A DNA stretch of 63,334 nucleotides, filler included, from Choristocarpus tenellus KU-1152 (Eukaryota > Protista > Phaeophyceae), in NCBI GenBank assembly GCA_964200185.2. It is 13 parts of 13 records of this genome, joined end to end, with 100 filler letters (N's around TTAATTAATTAA, not from the genome) between each part and the next. Parts side by side here need not be neighbours in the genome. Positions count along the whole stretch, not along the records: positions 24,057 to 27,468 come from CAXNAD020020218.1; positions 27,569 to 30,678 come from CAXNAD020022262.1; positions 30,779 to 42,840 come from CAXNAD020002004.1; 10 more parts are not named here. One strand, written 5' to 3'. A program made the translations under genes and the position numbers. The notes beneath the pieces are model-generated. The model saw only the letters and a program-made list of their open reading frames with translations, ran no database searches and was not told the origin of the DNA. Positions 24,235-36,840 of the stretch are shown one piece after another. Within the stretch, counting starts at the first letter, position 1, and every line of letters starts with the position of its first letter.

Positions 24235-27160
24235 CTTGATATCTCTGTGCAACACGTCTCTGTCCTGCAAGTACCCCACAGCGCTGGCCACTTCCAGTGT
24301 GATTTTCACTGCCCTCGCCTCCGGAAGCCCGCCCTCGGACAAGGTCTGGAATCCACCCAGGGAGTAGGAAAAGAGAACATCATACAGCGTATATTGACGG
24401 TAAGAATTCCATGGGATATACATATACATACATACATATATATATACATATATGCTTATATCAAGGGCTTTTTTCAAAGCCAGTAATGCTCTGAGCCCAA
24501 AAACCGTTTCCTCAATCATAGCAACACCTACTAACTTGCCATGACTATATCCAACACCAAAACACAGGCAAAAACCACATTCCATTGTTATTTATAAAGG
24601 AGAATTTCTTTTGCAACCAAGAAGTAACATCCACCACAAAATTACAAACACTAGCTTCATATGGACACCTAGTCAATCGCCATACAGCTCCCCCCTCTCA
24701 GCTTACCTTGTACAGTTCCCCCCCTGGGGCAAATTCAAGCACAAAGTAGAGGTTCTTGCTATCATGCCAGTAGCCTGCCATCTTCAGGACATGTGGGTGT
24801 GCCAGGCGTGTGTGTATTGCTGCTTCCCTTCTTATGTTCATAATCGACTTATCTCCTCCAGCCTTCAAGGCACTCTGCACCCCCCACGAGTGCAAAATCA
24901 CATCCATCCATCCATCCATCCATCCAATAATCAACGTCAGCGGCATAAATAAAATAAGATAAGCAAGATACACCTAGATACACAGATACACCTAGTAAAC
25001 CTTTACATGGATCAACTTTACATGTATGCATGAGAGACAGGTTGGGGGGGGGGGATGTGGATAAAAAAAAGGAGCGACTTGCCTAACCTATCAGCGCTTT
25101 GCAGCCCCCAAAAAATTAGAAACAAACGTTTGCACAAGTCCCTCCGTAGGAGAAACAGAAAAAAATACATAGTGCATTAAATAACGAGCTCAAGAGAAAC
25201 GCCTTTTCTTTCCTGCAAACCCACTTGCTTCATCACTGCAGCCCGATCACTGGAGAAGAAAAAAAAAAAGGCAATGCATTGTACATTCTTATAAAATAGT
25301 CAACAGATCTTTTTCACAGTAGCACTTCGGTATAAAACGTTTCGTACTATATTCTAGTCAGCCCCGACCCACTTCTAATCACAGCCCTTTCCCCTCTACC
25401 CACGTTACTCCTTGAAGCTCTTGGCGCTTTGGAGCATCGTCATCCATTGTCCCTATAAATTAATCTGTCCTAGACGAATTGTTCGTTTGCTATTCCCTTG
25501 CCATGGAAGCAAATGCCATCTTTTTTCTGCCCTGTATGATACACTAAAATTTCCAGCTTGCTCTGATCACGAAAGCATCGACTCCAACATGGAACCCTCC
25601 TCTCCCCCACTCCCTTGAAGAAGCTAATACAACTAACCTTGAATAGCATTTTCAGTGCAACTTGCGTCCTCGTCCTTCGTTCCTTGGCCTTGTACACGCT
25701 GCCAAACTTACCCATGCCAAGAGCCCTCCCCACCTCAAAGTCCTCAATAGACCAAGCCCCCTGTTGTGGTTCTTTATTCCCTGCTCCTTCTTGTTCAGGA
25801 TTGTTCTCCTGCGGAAGCTTCTCCATCGATAGTGCCTCAATCCCACTGGTTGCTGCTTGCGGAGGAGACAGCACCTCTGCCTTGAGTAGGGGTGATACCT
25901 GGAAAACGGCGGGAGGGTGATAATTTGAATACGTACCATTTCGTCAATGCAATTATGCTGTAATATGAGGCTTTGGGAAGCAAGCCGGGGCAAAGTGTTC
26001 CATCAAAGGATCTTAGTTGTGGAGGAGAGATAAAGGGCAACCGGTTTACTTGCTACATGGTCCTTGAGCTGTCATAGCAAGACAGACGGTGCCATGGCCC
26101 ACAACCAGACTGAACGGAATGCTATACACATAAAACTAAAAGTATGACAACCGGGCCTAGAGAGGCGACGAAGAAAAGGAGGGTGGGAGAAACAGGCAAC
26201 CTCTAACCAACTATATCATACCCTTAGACTAACAAAACTTTAATCCTTTGGGCAGTGGTATTCAAAATGAAAGCTACGGGTACTCACCTTATGTCGCGCC
26301 CTAGCCCCTTTCTGGTGGATGCGCTTCGTACACCTGGGGCAAAGTTTCTGCTCGCATTCGGAGCATTCCACCTCTGCCTCGCGCTTGTCGCACTCATCGC
26401 AAACAGTGATAGAGGGAAGGTCATGTGCAATGTTCACAACCCGCTCATGCTTGTCAAACCGTGACGAGGAAGAAGTTGATTTGCCTCCACTTGAAAGAGA
26501 GGAGGAGGACGATGAACGCCGCAAGGTGCCAAACCCCGAACTACTCAGGATGGACGATTTGCGAATCTCATTGCTGTTACGATTACTGAGACGCTGAGAA
26601 GAAGTTGCGATAATTGAGACTCTAGAGGCCAATCTTGCGCTGGGTGAGATTGACCTACCACAATCGCCTGAAGTACCGCCGTCCTCATCTCGTCCCCGGC
26701 TGTCACAACCACTCTGGAGTAGTGAACACCGATTCCTACCACTCATTCGGTTGCTGAGGCGACGTGGGGGAGAACTGATCGAAGATACTCTCGTCGAAAA
26801 CTCCGACGAGAGGGGGTTCGTTCGAGCATTGTCATCGCCAACACCATCCCTCGCACCATGTCCTCCGAAAAGCCCGACGCAACCCTGATCTTCTCTTGGA
26901 ACAGAGACAAGTTGGCTCCGGTTTATGTCGGCAGGGGCCAATGGTTTCCCCGGGGTCAGTACACGCAGTGCTCCAACTACTTCGTTTGCGGCATCAACTG
27001 CTTTGCGTAATCGTTTGGCACTTGGCGAACGGAAGCCAATATTCGCACTACATTGTACTGTTGGGGGGCCAGGAGACTGCGGCTTCGCGGTCACGTGCGG
27101 ACGACGAAGAGCGTGATTTCGAGGAGATGAGTACCCCTCCTCGTTGGGAGTATTGGGCAT
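24235..27160 (-). CDS. Aurora-type Ser/Thr kinase with N-terminal S/R-rich region and B-box zinc finger (5' part; exons 27160-26288, 25898-25638, 24874-24707, 24345-24235)
   Basis: '[33 protein letters not shown]', '[26 protein letters not shown]', 'VLHRDIK'; B-box '[31 protein letters not shown]'. All four junctions are GT-AG, phase 0. Confidence 0.9.
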
Positions 27161-27369
27161 GCTGCTGATATCAAGGGATAAACTGGTAGCACTGCTGATT
27201 ATTAATGTAACATCGTTAAGGTGCAGTGGGAATATCCCTTTCCATAAATTCCCAACCGTAAGACATGCCTTTCAATTTGAGAAATCGAAGTTTTATATTC
27301 CAACCAACTCTATTTTTCTTCTCCAATACAAGATGTACAAAGGTATCACGAAACTCCAATATCCGAAAC

Positions 27370-27468
27370 CTGTTTCACGCAGGGGCACTAGCAGATGCTG
27401 GAACAGCTCCCTACAGGGACAAAGGTCTCCTCCTGGACATCACCTTCGCAGAGGTACAGGCCACCTCC
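27370..27468 (+). mobile_element. CRE-like non-LTR retroposon fragment (RLE domain)
   Basis: 'AGALADAGTAPYRDKGLLLDITFAEVQA' is paralogous to the translation at 35250-35370. Confidence 0.6.
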
Positions 27469-27656
27469 NNNNNNNNNNNNNNNNNNNNNNNNNNNNNNNN
27501 NNNNNNNNNNNNTTAATTAATTAANNNNNNNNNNNNNNNNNNNNNNNNNNNNNNNNNNNNNNNNNNNNCCCCCTCCTACCCCACTCTCTCCCACTCTCAC
27601 AGCATTTCAAATCTTTCCCCCCTATGACTCCCTAAGTGTCTGCAATACCAACTCAC

Positions 27657-28995
27657 CATTGGTGCATCGCCTCAACACCTTAATGCATTCCTCCTTCTGG
27701 TGAGTTTCCATCTTGTGGAATACCACTGGCAAGCCACACCACTCACAGGGGACCTTACGCAAGGGACATTCTTCCTCAGTGTGGTCGCACAGTCGTTCTT
27801 GTGTCACACTTGCACCACAGCCAAGAGTACAATTAATGAGCCTGTGGCAGGGAGGGAGGTAGAATAGGTTGTTAGAATGATAATCATAGCGAGAATGATA
27901 ACGGTAGTGGTAATGATAATGATACTGATAATGGTAATGGTAATGACAATGATAAGAGTGAAAGTATCTTAGAGGGTAAGGACGCGTCCATTCGGGGGCC
28001 GAAATCCAATGTTGCGATTTCCATGTAATTTTTTCCGTCGTATTTGTTAGGAAGTGTCAGTCTCCTTGTTCCGGACACCATTTCATAACATATACATATC
28101 ACCTACTCCGAAACATTTCGGAGCAGGAAAAATATAACAAAAAACCCCATGGGAAGCCAAGCCCCAAATGGACAAACAGGGCAAAACTCGTAACCTACTT
28201 CCACTCATCATTATGAGTGAAAGTATCTTAGAGGGTACGAGTTTTGCCCAGTTTGTCTGTTTGGGGCATGACTTCCCATGGGTTTTTTTATGACATTTTT
28301 CTACTTCGAAATGTTTCGGAGTAGGTAAAATGTATACGTCATGAAAAGGTGTGTGTGGAACAAGGATATTGACGTTTCCAAACAAGCACGATAACCAAAA
28401 TTACATCAAAATCGTAACATAGAATTTTGGCCCGAAATGGACGCGATTCTACCCTCTAAGATACTTCGACTCTGATAATGATAATGATAATTGATAATGA
28501 AAATGGAAAAGAAAATGATAATGAATACAATTATCCTTACTAATAATCTTTTTCAATTGTTTAGCAGTAACATAGACCCAAAGTATCTGGGAAGGGGGTG
28601 GGGTCTACACCAGGGTGTCCATTTGGTCCAAAATCAGGAAAAGTGTACATTTACATTATCCATTTGATGTATGCAACCAAATCATCCAAAATCGCAACAT
28701 CAAAAAATTGACCTCAAATGGACAGCCGCCACCCTCCCTCAGATACTTTGAGCCATACCGTCATCACCTTTTTATGCAGCCGCCTTGATAGTGCAGCTCT
28801 GCTTCCCGGGCCACAATGCTCTGCCCACATCCATCTTTGCAAGGAATGTTCCTGAGCTGGCAGGTGTTCCGCAGGTGTTCACCCATGTCTGCAGCAGTGA
28901 TCCACCCGCATACCCACTCTTTTTCCTCTACCCAGGAGAAATCTAGATCTTCTAGAGCCTGATACCTAGTATAGTTGTATCAAGCACGCGCGCGG

Positions 28996-29037
<42 letters not shown>

Positions 29038-29718
29038 TTTGTGGATGTGTGTCACTTATTATGTACTCTGGAGTACATGGGTCACTACATAGTGCACTAT
29101 GTAGGGATAGTGTTGTTGGTTCTGCTGTGTGCATGGATGTGACATCTACAATATCAGCATGGGCATTATTCAAGCCTATGCGAGACAACCTCTGCTACAT
29201 GACTCTGCTGCTCACAGACAGTGGCATGGATGTATCGAATTTGCTCATTTCCGGAAGCAGGTGGACATCGTTATCCCCCAAGATCTCAATGTGGACCCAA
29301 AGCAGTTAAGAGGGTAGGGGTTTTGCCCTGTTTGCCTGTTTGGGGCTTGACTTCCCATGAGTTCTTTATGCCATCTTTTGGTTTTCTGTGTGAGCACAGT
29401 TACCTAAAATGTAAATGACTACAAAAAGGTGTTTCAAGAGCAAGAGTATTGACATTTCCTAACAAACTCAATAGCCAAAATTCATCAAAATCAAAACATT
29501 GGATTTATGACCCCAAACGGACATGGCCCTACCCTCATAAATGTTTCGACCCTGTGTTGACAACGTCAACACACCTGTTGGAGTCCGGGTAGCACACCCT
29601 AAACGTTCCAGAGCTGATGTCGTATGACTTGATCATAGCAGAAACTGTTTCCCCCTGTCCATGGTTGGATGTATTGCTCCCACGTGCCACACGTATCCTC
29701 CGCCGAATGCAATTGTAC
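27657..29718 (-). CDS. TRAF-type zinc-finger repeat protein, internal exons (about 29718-29575, 28925-28768, 27841-27657)
   Basis: 'MGEHLRNTCQLRNIPCKDGCG..ELHYQGGCIKRLINCTLGCG..DHTEEECPLRKVPCEWCG..THQKEEC' gives repeated C..C..H...C units; the last two exons join in phase. Confidence 0.75.
27956..28206. mobile_element. MITE family C, imperfect TSD ATAA/ATCA
   Basis: Starts GAGTGAAAGTATCTTAGAGGGTA; right TIR has an internal deletion. Confidence 0.9.
28215..28472. mobile_element. MITE family C, opposite orientation, imperfect TSD TTAT/TGAT
   Basis: GAGTGAAAGTATCTTAGAGGGTA...TACCCTCTAAGATACTTCGACTC. Confidence 0.92.
28575..28753. mobile_element. MITE family A, complete, TSD CATA
   Basis: GACCCAAAGTATCT...AGATACTTTGAGC flanked by CATA (right terminus one base short). 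Confidence 0.9.
28997..29036 (+). repeat. (CA)n microsatellite
   Basis: Read directly; similar tracts at about 6775-6794, 12631-12652 and 57151-57168. Confidence 0.9.
29294..29552. mobile_element. MITE family C, diverged copy, TSD TGTG
   Basis: Colinear with 28215-28472; flanked by TGTG on both sides. Confidence 0.85.
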
Positions 29719-30494
29719 CTTATTTTGTCGAGGAGGGTGTCACACACGGTATATTATCGAGCCAACATGTTCAAAGTATATATATACACACATGGTATGC
29801 AGTGCCGTACTTTGATATTTTCAAATCTTGTGACAAATAATAACAATGCTGGAGGCAATGGAAATTTCTGATGCTGCTACCACCACATCACAAAGCAACA
29901 TCCAATCGATAACTGCTCAGCCGTGTTGTCTTGTGTGCTGTTTGGGGTGTGGGCTCTTTGAGAAAAAAAATGGGCATTCCAAAGGTGACAGATCCGCATT
30001 TTGAAATATGAGCTCAGTTAAACTATGGAGGTTGTACCACACTTTTATGGCAAAGGAGTGAAGCTATGTGAGAGAAACCTACAGACGTATGTCAGACCAA
30101 CTAGTGTGAGTGCATTAAGTAGATCCCTCATCGTCCATCTGGACTCCAGCAACTGCCTACACAGTTCTGGATTTCAACAAGAATGCAAACCATGCACTAT
30201 GAGTTCTTGCCAGTGCCAGTCACAGCTCCACAAGTGCACCCAAGGTTCCATCCTCATAATAGCAACCATTTCACTGAGTACTCGAGACTGATATTATGCA
30301 CCTTTGAGCATACAAGGACTCCCCCCTGAATTTAAAATAGGATTGCAAACAATGGGAAAAGACTGATACTGCATAGAATATGTCAAGGGAAGGTTCCAAG
30401 ATCCCCCAGAATAAAATCTTCCGGGACAAAGTACAAGATCCATGTCTGATTGTTGTTTCAGAAGACCTGGAATACTCGTGCAATAATTTCGACA

Positions 30495-30678
30495 GAGCGA
30501 AAGTATCTTAAGAGGGTAGAGCCGTGTCCATTTGGGGGCCAACATCTAATGTCGCGATTTTGATATAATTTTGGCTATCATGTTTATTAGGAAGCGTCAA
30601 TATCCTTGTTCCGGATACACTTTTCATAACGAATACAATTGGGTCAAAGTATCTTGGGGGGGGGGGGGGGTGTTAGCG
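30495..30678. mobile_element. MITE family C (30495-30640) interrupted by a second MITE starting at 30641
   Basis: GAGCGAAAGTATCTTAAGAGGGTA... followed by GGGTCAAAGTATCTT and a G-tract up to the contig end. Confidence 0.85.
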
Positions 30679-30796
30679 NNNNNNNNNNNNNNNNNNNNNN
30701 NNNNNNNNNNNNNNNNNNNNNNTTAATTAATTAANNNNNNNNNNNNNNNNNNNNNNNNNNNNNNNNNNNNNNNNNNNNAGCGAGTGTCAGAGATTG

Positions 30797-30967
30797 GGGG
30801 GGGGGGGGGGGGGTGTGGGTCTGCACCAAGGTGTCCATTTGGGTCATAACCAGGAAAAATGCACTTTCATTGTCCATCCGACGTATGCAACCAAATTACA
30901 CAAAAATTGAGATACAAAAAAATTGACCCCAAATGGACAGCCGCCACCCCCCCAGATACTTTGAGCC
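30797..30967. mobile_element. MITE family A, partial
   Basis: G-tract, GTGTCCATTTGGG...CCCCAAATGGACAGCCGCC, CAGATACTTTGAGCC. Confidence 0.88.
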
Positions 30968-31899
30968 AGAGGGTTACTATACCTTGCACATAGAACTCTA
31001 CTGGTACAGCTCCGGATCACTCCAGGATGAAACACAATATTGAACCTCCCCGTGATATCGTTAGATCTATGTCACAAGGCAGATCAAACTGATTGGATTG
31101 CAAGTGATGACTATCTGGGAGGGGGGGGGGAAGGAGGGGTTGTGAACCTACAGTATGAGAAATTAATAGCTGGAAGTGGGAAGGTATCTAGGGCTTGGGT
31201 AAGTACATGTTTTCTCAAACGAATGTGTTCCTATAGATGGATTTCTCTGTTGATCCTATCTCCGTATGTATTTCCACTCAGCAGGTGGACGTATATATAC
31301 AGAAAGGGTGGGTGCCTGTGGCCTTGGAGTAGACACCAGAGCTGTTTCAACATCAAGTTCCTCCACTGGCTACTCCACCTTAGAACTCTAATATGCTATA
31401 CACATGTAACTATTATAAAGTGGGATGATATGCTATACCTGAATCACTCTGAGATACGAATCTCATTAAGAATGTTACTAAACATCGAGGGGAGGGCGAG
31501 TCCAAGTGCTACCACCAGGAGTCGGAGCTGGAAGTGTTGCTTTGTTTTGTCAACTTGAAGCAGACTGTTAGTGACCACCGCACCAATCACCAAGATGTGC
31601 TCAACTCAATTAACGTGATCTTGCCAGAGGAACAAGCAATTGATGGTACTACGTTCTCTATGCATGAGGAGCATGTGACACAGGTTAGGGGTGTGAAAAC
31701 ACCAAGCAAGTGTTTCTTCCTTTCCTCAACTCTCAACAGTTCATTGATATGTGCATGATGGTAAATGTATGTATGGAACAGAGCTGCATAGGGGCTTCGA
31801 CTTTCCAAGTCAGAGGTGGATTCTATACATGGCGGTCATCATCACAGCATTACACTGGCCGGCCACCCCTTTCTGGTAACAAAGATGACCCTGTGGATT

Positions 31900-32650
31900 T
31901 CCATGCCAAGGCTTCTTCCAAATCCAGACCATCTTCTTTCTTGTGATATGGCGTTATGCCATTGAATCTACTACTTGCCAACAGGATCATTTTAATCCCT
32001 TTCCTCGTAGCTCACAATGTTGTTACGTTTGGCCTCAGACTTCTAAGTGCAGTCCTGAATTCCAAAGATTTCAATCAAAGAGTCAATAACTGAACAAACA
32101 ATTTGGAATCGCCTGGACACTTCATATGTAAAGGTTGATCTGCACCATGTCGCTGTGTGTTTCCTAATCTAAGCCCCTCCATGACGAAGCAGATTTGCAC
32201 ATACTCCCCTCCTCAGGGATACAGTTGAGGAAATAAGCTCTCCGATTACCAACACTTTACATTGAAAACGCATTGTTGGTATCAAGCAAGAGCGCCACAT
32301 CAATTTACACACCTCAGCATCCTTTAGTTCACGCTATGCGTTTAGATGATCTCCAAGTCCTGCCGTGAATATAGGCATGGTCACTCATGTTTGAGAGAGC
32401 ATCGAAAACTTCATGTACAAGAAAACACGAAAAACTCTGTCTTCCAGTTTCAATACCTACCAAGGCATTCCCAGGACGCCCACCCTAGAAGTGGTGCCTT
32501 CCCTCTCAAGTCTCTGACGAATTGGGCTCATCAGACAATCGACAGGCAAATCACTTGGTGTCCCTTTTTGGAGTAAACTAAATCCCCATTTCCTGCCAGG
32601 CCCGCAAGGTAAGTGTGCCCTCTTCTTTGGCTTGTGTTCGTGGAGCACAA
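31900..32650 (-). mobile_element. Possible decayed non-LTR reverse transcriptase remnant
   Basis: Weak motifs 'TKGC*..LLDTNNAFS' (cf. GGCE..LD..NAFNS) and 'PGDSKLF' (cf. QGDPL..LF); many stops. Confidence 0.25.
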
Positions 32651-33146
32651 GGAGGTAATCCGACCTCAGCGTTCTTGGTGGGTCTGTACTGACGCTTGTG
32701 TCCTACCAGCAGTGCCCATTCACCACAAATGAGAATGGTGAAGGTGGTAGGAGGTAGGCATGGGGATAGGGTGGAATTCGGTTGGGGGGTAGGACCGTAT
32801 CTACTTTGCTAGAGTTCCTAATAAAAAGTGAATGAAGAGCAAACAAGGGTAGATCGCTCTTGCCGCGGGCATGTTATGTATGTACGGCATGGTAAGAGTA
32901 GAAATGCAATGAACCATTTTAACGAGTTATACGAACATTATGACTGTATAATATAGAGCATTTTCGGCAAGTAGGTCCTTTAGACGTGCCTGCATAAACA
33001 TTCGCAAAAAATGAGCCACATTACCCTCATTTTCAGGGCACGGACAAATGAACAAATGTTCAGCAAACCCGAACGTTTCCAAGTATAACATAGTTGGACA
33101 ATGCTGAGGAGATATCGAAGGGATAGTGCTCTCAGCCGACAGAAAC

Positions 33147-34822
33147 TCATACAAGGTCGGTATACAGCTTGATTGGCAAAGAACCAAGCATCATTCTCAA
33201 CCTCTGCTTGCAATGTGACAAGGGCAGTCCTCTGATATGCAAGGGCGCACTTCTTTCCAATGTATGTGAAATGATATACCCACCTTTATCTCCCATGCAA
33301 TTGAGACCCACAGCCAATACCAAAGGCAGTATCCCCTGGGCAAGAATGTACACTAGGTAGGGTACAGGGGCAGTTGATGGACCATCGGGGGGCCAAAGCC
33401 ATAGTCCCCTCCGAGTTGAGTCACGGAGTTGGTGCGATGCTCCAGATGATATTGTAGCAAAAGCTGCACGAGTATTCAACGTCAGCCCCCACAGAACCAT
33501 TGCCTGCCAGGTAGTGTATGATTAGGGTTTTTTGGGGTGTCAATGGGAAGGGAATTGAGATACGAATATTGTGATGTTGTTCTACATCCTCAAGAACATG
33601 GGAGATTTCACTGTATAAGTAGCGATTCTAAACAGAGTATGGTAATGCATGAACAAGAAGGTGATAAGTGCAATAGCGTGGCAGGCAAGATTATACCGAT
33701 TATGACATAGGTGTAGGACGAGTTGTTATCCAGAATGGACTATGTGTGAGGCAATCACGTAAGAAACACTACACACAGACACAATTAGAAGTTTCGCAGA
33801 TGTCTGTCGTGGTCGAGCAATCACCACAATCAGGAAACGAGCCTTTCCTACTTCTACGAACAAGATTTCAAGAACGAGAACCAAGGGCAACTTTGTGGAC
33901 CCACAGCTGTCTGTTCCCAACTTCTACACTTCACAACGTTCAACATGTAGTATAAATGTCCATGAATGTCCATTAGACGAACGATGAGAGTTGTGGATAG
34001 TTGAGGGGACGTACACCCAATACAATTGCAGCGACAGAGTGTCCCCATGGTCGCGCCGACAGCCCCAGTGCCTGAGAGAGGCGGAACGATCCTGCTGCGG
34101 CGAAGTGATCAAGGTCCAGAAAACTCCCCATGAAGGCGGCAAGCGCAATCTCGCCTCGTGCTCCGTGAGTGGGCACTGGACAACGAGGTTGTGCAGTTTT
34201 GGGAAATTTTCGTACGAAAAAGCGAACAGCGGATAAGCAGGTTCGGATAGGACTCTGTGGTGCAGCTAAGGCATCAGCCGTGGAGACTGGGCTGAGGAAA
34301 GATCAACATCAACAGTTGGCGAACGCAAGTAATGAGAGCAGAAGGACAAGGGAGAGTCGGAATCAGAGGTGGGGATGTAAACGCTCAGCGTTAAGTTTCA
34401 TGCGGAATGGGATTTCGAGGGAAAACGATCCTCATGCAGAAACTCAATCTACTGTATCTGAGTCCTCCTTGCTCCCATTTGAGGTAGGAGGAGTGTGACA
34501 TGCTACATATTTTAGGACTTCCCTCACCTTGCCGCCAGTACCACCCCCCAAGAAGCTATCGCAATGGATGCATGGGAAATGTTGTCGATGAGGGCTCCAA
34601 GAAGTTTTCGTCTTCTGAGCGAGAGTGCTAGCGGCAATTGATCACTGCCATTCGAGAAATCATGGAGACAAGAAATTAGCAATGCAATGGAGACTCGAAA
34701 TATAACGTTGGCAAAGAACCTATGGCCATCAGATACTGTAGACCTATTGGTCACGTCATCGAGACGACATACCTAATGATGCAGAGGAGTAGTAGGGTAA
34801 CTTCGCAGAGAACAACCCCCAT
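33147..34822 (-). CDS. TMEM267: TMEM267 (C5orf28)-like membrane protein; exons 34822-34773, 34644-34528, 34291-34015, 33503-33147 (266 aa)
   Basis: 'ALIDNISHASIAIASW', 'GSFLDLDHFAAAGS..L.ARPWGHS' and 'SHQLRDSTRRGLWLWP..T.PVPY.VY' are family motifs; in-phase GT-AG junctions give 801 nt. Confidence 0.82.
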
Positions 34823-35039
34823 TGTCCCAAAAAAGAGTTTTGAATTTTGTGAATTTGGAATTTGTTGTCAAAAATCGGTTTGATCGCAGGCTGGTCCTGA
34901 ACTTCATCACGTTACATACTATTATTATATGCCCCATCACATACATGTTGGAAATGTATTTGAGGGGCAAAAAACCTAACCTATATCACATCCATTTTTA
35001 TTGTTACAAAATGTTTATGACAATATGCCTTCTGACCTT

Positions 35040-36040
35040 CTCCCCCTTACTCCATGGATGGGTGGCTAGCTCATCCAAGAAACTTTCTGCTTGCTTTCCA
35101 ACGCGCTCAAAACTGTCCAACACAAAGGTGTTCAGACTAGAACTATGAGGGTCAACAGATCCCTCCCTCATAATGAGTGGACTTTCGCGCCTCAGCTGCA
35201 GCAGCAGTAGCTACACCATTGCTGGTGGATCTGTGGGGCAGATGACATACTGCTTGGACTTCTGTAAAAGCAACATCCAGAAGCTGACCTTTGTCTCCTT
35301 GGCAAGAAGAGCCAGCGTCTGAGAGTGTCCCAGCACAGAACACCACATCCATGCGGAATTTCTGGTGGCCCACTAGAAACGGACTGCCATCCTACATAGT
35401 GTAAGGGATGACCAATTCCCTGCAGAGTTGGCGTTAGGCGTTTCACCATTGCCATGTGTTGTCATATTTATCTTCCCATCCTAGGGCAGCTGCGGGCATG
35501 TCGGGTGTCGACATTTTGCCTCCTGCGCCAGGCACCTGTTGGATAGGGCATCCTCCCTCCCTCCTAGAAATCTGCTGGCATTGAATCTAAACTCTACTGA
35601 CAGGAAGAATTCGGCATGCTGGTTCCAGGAGTTGTGCAGAGGTCAATCCATTGGCCCCTTATCCACACTGCCTCCTGTGGCGAACTAGACCTAGCAACTA
35701 ACTTTCCCTCCCTGGTTCCTCTTCATCATCATCCGGAAGGTTGGGCAGTTGCATTCAAAAGGAGTTGAAACATAACCTGTTCAGAAGGCAGATGATATCG
35801 TGTGGTGCCCCCATTGTGATCCTGTCATCATGAGCTCCTAGAATTTGGACCTCCAGGACAGGGGCAGGGGTTGTTCTTCCTGCACAGTCTACCCAGCATT
35901 GACTAATAATTTCCGCCAAGTTTCCTGAAGGGGCTCCTCATGAGGGTAGGGTGTGGATCGACAATTCCTAGGGCCTAGTAGGCTGTGAGGCTTGCACAAA
36001 TGGTAAAGACCTCTCCATGGGACTCCACCTTAGACCAATG
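35040..36040 (-). mobile_element. CRE-like non-LTR retroposon, 3' fragment (zinc knuckle + RLE)
   Basis: 'RMDVV..LLDVAFTEVQAVCHL..AAAAEARKSTHY..SVDPHS..LNTFVLDSFERVGKQAESFLDELA'; frameshifted. Confidence 0.7.
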
Positions 36041-36089
36041 TAAGGTGGTAACTGTGTTATAAATTTATATTTAGTAGTAATATTATTTA

Positions 36090-36198
36090 CCCTCTGATAC
36101 TTCATATCTCCAAAATGTTGGAGGACACAATAATATATAATGGTTCTTAAGATATTAAATTAGCTTTTTCCCTGACACATCTACAAAATATCAGAGGG
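36090..36198. mobile_element. Possible short TIR element (CCCTCTGATA...TATCAGAGGG)
   Basis: 10-bp perfect inverted repeat spanning 109 bp, flanked by TA and CA; single copy in the window. Confidence 0.3.
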
Positions 36199-36311
36199 CA
36201 TATTAATATAATATATATTTTCCAGATGCGCCAGGGAAGAACCAAAACTACATCACAAGGTTTGCTGGAAATATAAAAACAGTTGTCATCTATGGAAAAG
36301 GTATCAACCTC

Positions 36312-36348
<37 letters not shown>

Positions 36349-36840
36349 CATCAGTTCAGGATGGTTCAGCACTGACGTATCCTCCAGAAGACGGCACTGC
36401 CTTATTACAACGTACCTGATACAGGCCAGAAATTAATGCAGCAAGGTTTACGATCATGTCTTGATTGGTGGATGATGTGCTGATCAAAATATTATTGTGA
36501 GACGCACACAGGCAGTGTGCTTGCTGTAACTACAACTTTTTCTTCACATTGTGTTTATTTACAACAAAAAATCGAACAACCACAACCTTGATTCTAGGGT
36601 AGGGTGATGGTGTGGAGGGCTCGCACATGATATCTGTGGAGGAGACAAACCGAAAAATAGACACATAACGTCATACAACAGCAAGGAATAGTCCGGATCT
36701 CTCTCGGCCAAGACACACACACAAAACAAAACAAGAGTACAACCATAGGAGAGTGATCGATCACTTCTACGGCAAGTAGAACAAACCATAAACTACAACC
36801 TATCAGTACTGTTCTCTTTCGAGCTGATTCCCATCCGTCA

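Noticed and set aside
28572-28757. 3-bp ATA TSD suggesting PIF/Harbinger
   Set aside because: Five other copies show perfect 4-bp TSDs and this one also reads as CATA.
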